Assembly: GCA_937965695.1 (NCBI GenBank)
Contig: CALCKW010000006.1
Span: 37,717-101,716, forward strand
Length of the DNA stretch: 64,000 nucleotides
Direction of reading: 5' to 3'
From: an uncultured Granulosicoccaceae bacterium
Lineage (GTDB): Bacteria; Pseudomonadota; Gammaproteobacteria; CALCKW01
Shown here: positions 61,691-64,000 of the stretch, piece after piece
Layout of the letters: each line of letters starts with the position of its first letter
How positions within the stretch are numbered: position 1 is the stretch's first letter
Notes under the pieces: model-generated
What the model saw: the letters and a program-made list of their open reading frames with translations, nothing else
Told to the model about the DNA's origin: nothing
Databases searched by the model: none
Program-made: the position numbers and the translations under genes

Positions 61691-63196
61691 CTAGTTGGTC
61701 GTCTCTTCGTCGGCGTCTTCAAACCAACTTTCACGCGCTTTCATAATCAACTGGCCCGCCGTCACAGCGTCGATCTCCAGTTCCTCGAGTTCATCTAATG
61801 CCTGTTCGGCCAAATCATCAACGGTGCAAATACCCGCGCCGGACAATGTTATGGCTAGCTCTTCAGTCATACCTTCCATCGCGAGTAACTCCTCGCTTGG
61901 CTTGTATTCTTCAAGCTTTTCCTCTCGAGCAATAGCGCTGGTCAGCAGAGCATCACGCGCGCGATTGCGCAGCTCTTCGACCAAATCCTCGTCAAACCCT
62001 TCTATGTCGAGCATTTCCTGGGTTGGGACATAGCCAACTTCTTCCAGCGTTGTGAACCCTTCCTGCACCAACACCAACGCTAGATCTTCATCGATGTCTA
62101 AACGATCGATAAACAGCTTGAGGCTGGCATCCGTTTCTTCTTGATTCTTGCGATCAGCTTCTTCCTGATCCATCACGTTGAGCTCCCAAGCGGTGAGCTC
62201 GGCGGCTAAACGTACGTTCTGTCCACCACGGCCAATGGCCTGCGATAGCTTGTCGGTCTCAACAGCTATGTCCATCGAATGCTTCTCTTCGTCAACGACG
62301 ATAGAAGTCACTTCTGCTGGGGCCATAGCGTTGATGACATACTGGGCGTTGTTCTCATCCCAAAGAATAATATCCACACGCTCGCCAGCCAGCTCGTCAG
62401 AAACCGTCTGAACACGAGATCCACGCATGCCAACACAGGCACCAACGGGATCAAGACGATGTTCGTTTGAACGCACGGCAATTTTCGCTCGCAAGCCTGG
62501 ATCACGTGCAGCTCCCATGATCTCGATCAAGCCCTGTCCAATTTCAGGAACTTCAACCGAAAAGAGCTTGACCAGAAACTCGGGATCGGTACGGCTAAGA
62601 ACCAGTTGCGGGCCGCGGCTATCGACGCGAATCTCCTTGAGGTAGGCCCTCATGCGGTCGTTATTTTTGACAGCTTCACGGGGAATCATCTGATCACGTG
62701 GAATCAGGCCTTCGGCATTGTTGCCCAGGTCCAAAAAAACACCGTTGCGATCTACACGACGAACAACACCAAAGACCAGCTCACCCATGCGGTCACGGTA
62801 TTGATCAACCATGCGCTGGCGCTCTGCCTCACGCACTTTCTGAACGATAACCTGCTTCGCGGTCTGTGCAGCAATACGACCAAATTCAACAGATTCAATC
62901 TGCTCTTCGGTAAAGCCACCGACTTCAATGTCGGCCTGATCGATTTGTGCAGCTGACAAGGTCATCTGACGGAGAGGAAACTCTTGGGGAACGTCGTCTG
63001 CAACGATCTCCCAGCGACGATAAGTATCGTAATCGCCACTTTCACGATCGATATCAACGCGAACGTCGATATCTTTAGCGTGCTTTTTGCGGGTCGCAGT
63101 GGCCAATGCAGCCTCTAGCGCCTCAAAAATAACCTCCTTATCTACCGCCTTCTCATTAGAGACAGCATCTACCACCAGAAGGATTTCTTTGTTCAT
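61691..63196 (-). CDS. nusA: Transcription termination/antitermination factor NusA
   Basis: [18 protein letters not shown]… is the canonical NusA start. S1 and two KH domains followed by a C-terminal acidic repeat. Start trimmed to 63196. Confidence 0.95.
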   Translation of the reverse strand: MNKEILLVVDAVSNEKAVDKEVIFEALEAALATATRKKHAKDIDVRVDIDRESGDYDTYRRWEIVADDVPQEFPLRQMTLSAAQIDQADIEVGGFTEEQIESVEFGRIAAQTAKQVIVQKVREAERQRMVDQYRDRMGELVFGVVRRVDRNGVFLDLGNNAEGLIPRDQMIPREAVKNNDRMRAYLKEIRVDSRGPQLVLSRTDPEFLVKLFSVEVPEIGQGLIEIMGAARDPGLRAKIAVRSNEHRLDPVGACVGMRGSRVQTVSDELAGERVDIILWDENNAQYVINAMAPAEVTSIVVDEEKHSMDIAVETDKLSQAIGRGGQNVRLAAELTAWELNVMDQEEADRKNQEETDASLKLFIDRLDIDEDLALVLVQEGFTTLEEVGYVPTQEMLDIEGFDEDLVEELRNRARDALLTSAIAREEKLEEYKPSEELLAMEGMTEELAITLSGAGICTVDDLAEQALDELEELEIDAVTAGQLIMKARESWFEDADEETTN

Positions 63197-63343
63197 CCGC
63201 CCCACCCTTAACGCAAGTGCGGCTTAAGCCGCTACGCCGGAAACTCGTCAACACGCCCAACAGTGGACGTGCACCCATTTATATTCATTGCAGAGAGAGC
63301 CTAGCAACTCTCAGAGTTGACAAGACATCTTTCAACAGCTTGT

Positions 63344-63796
63344 TCATAGAGAGGCCAATTGACCTGACTCTACGTCATCGAAATCCAAGTCGTACAACTC
63401 GCCATCGACATCAACAACCAGCGTTTTGCCCTCAACGGACTGCAACTGGCCAGTAAATTTTCGACGCCCCAACGTATGGGCGCCTAAGCGCAATTTCATG
63501 CGCTCCCCAACATATTTTTCGTAGTGAGCCAGCACAAACAAGGGACGGTCGATACCTGGAGAAGAGACTTCGAGCACATAGTGCCCTTTGATGGGTTCAA
63601 CCACATCAAGTGTAGCGCTCACCTGTCGCGAAACATCGCCACAATCATCAACATCAATCCCTTTCGGACTATCAATAAACACCCTGAGAGTCAGACCACC
63701 TTCAGCCTGACCTAATTGAGCACCGACATATTCAAAGCCGAGACCACTGACTATAGGTTCTAATAGATCTCGAATATCGACACTGACTTGCTGCAC
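63344..63796 (-). CDS. rimP: Ribosome maturation factor RimP
   Basis: 150 aa, first CDS of the metY-nusA operon. LEPIVSGLGFEYVG…GIDRPL pattern. Confidence 0.85.
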   Translation of the reverse strand: MQQVSVDIRDLLEPIVSGLGFEYVGAQLGQAEGGLTLRVFIDSPKGIDVDDCGDVSRQVSATLDVVEPIKGHYVLEVSSPGIDRPLFVLAHYEKYVGERMKLRLGAHTLGRRKFTGQLQSVEGKTLVVDVDGELYDLDFDDVESGQLASL

Positions 63797-63842
63797 TAAA
63801 AAATCTCACTATGGCACTTTCAACTCGGCGAAGAGCACCAAC

Positions 63843-63873
63843 AAAAAAGCCCCTTTATCAAGGGGCTTTTGCA
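63843..63873 (-). terminator. Rho-independent terminator between the initiator tRNA and rimP
   Basis: AAAAGCCCCT-ttatca-AGGGGCTTTT is a perfect 10-bp stem. On the minus strand it is followed by a T-run. This matches the partial terminator after metY in E. coli. Confidence 0.55.
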
Positions 63874-63882
63874 TAAAGAACT

Positions 63883-63959
<77 letters not shown>

Positions 63960-64000
63960 CCTGACCAAAACAATTATATGGTTAGCCCCTCCTAAACGCA

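Noticed and set aside
60713-61746. Several + strand ORFs (89 to 164 aa) rich in Ala/Ser/Pro
   Set aside because: Antisense to infB and nusA. They arise from the repetitive Ala/Glu/Lys-rich N-terminal region of IF-2 and are not independent genes.

Overview
This 64 kb window is chromosomal DNA, probably from a marine gammaproteobacterium. The evidence for that is the metY-rimP-nusA-infB-rbfA-truB synteny, znuACB, yejBEF, and a gcdR/gcdH/CoA-transferase arrangement like the one in Pseudomonas. All calls were made by eye from the sequence and the supplied ORF translations; no searches were run. The window is gene-dense and mostly housekeeping or catabolic. The main units, in order, are: (1) a lutABC (ykgEFG) lactate-utilisation operon divergent from a GntR/FadR-type regulator, with a perfect 19-bp palindromic operator between them; (2) an SPFH/NfeD pair and tadA; (3) a roughly 9.5 kb polysaccharide (capsule/O-antigen-like) locus that looks lower in GC, containing a UDP-glucuronate decarboxylase, a Wzc tyrosine autokinase co-polymerase, an initiating sugar phosphotransferase, a WecG/TagA-family transferase, a Wzx-like flippase, two GT2 transferases and a Wzy-like polymerase, but no Wza or Wzb; (4) a SulP transporter and an M32 carboxypeptidase; (5) a glutarate-type module (LysR regulator divergent from gcdH plus a family-III CoA transferase) with an FAD-linked oxidase translationally coupled to the regulator; (6) a non-pyrrolysine MttB-family methyltransferase with a GlxA/GbdR-type AraC regulator and a second LysR; (7) a four-gene minus-strand operon, XpaC-like, TelA-like, SPFH+GYF-like (DUF4339), and a multi-zinc-ribbon membrane protein, which looks like a fused version of the Bacillus yaaN-xpaC and ydjG/ydjI (PspA-associated) membrane-stress modules and is my best candidate for a poorly described system; (8) znuACB, a Trm112-like gene, a LexA-box-preceded radical-SAM repair gene, cspA, a 4'-phosphopantetheinyl transferase, a VWA lipoprotein, NUDIX, yejBEF without yejA, sohB, folD, and an MBOAT plus partner pair; (9) the nusA-infB operon with an initiator tRNA-Met. 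No CRISPR array, IS element, integrase or prophage gene was seen.
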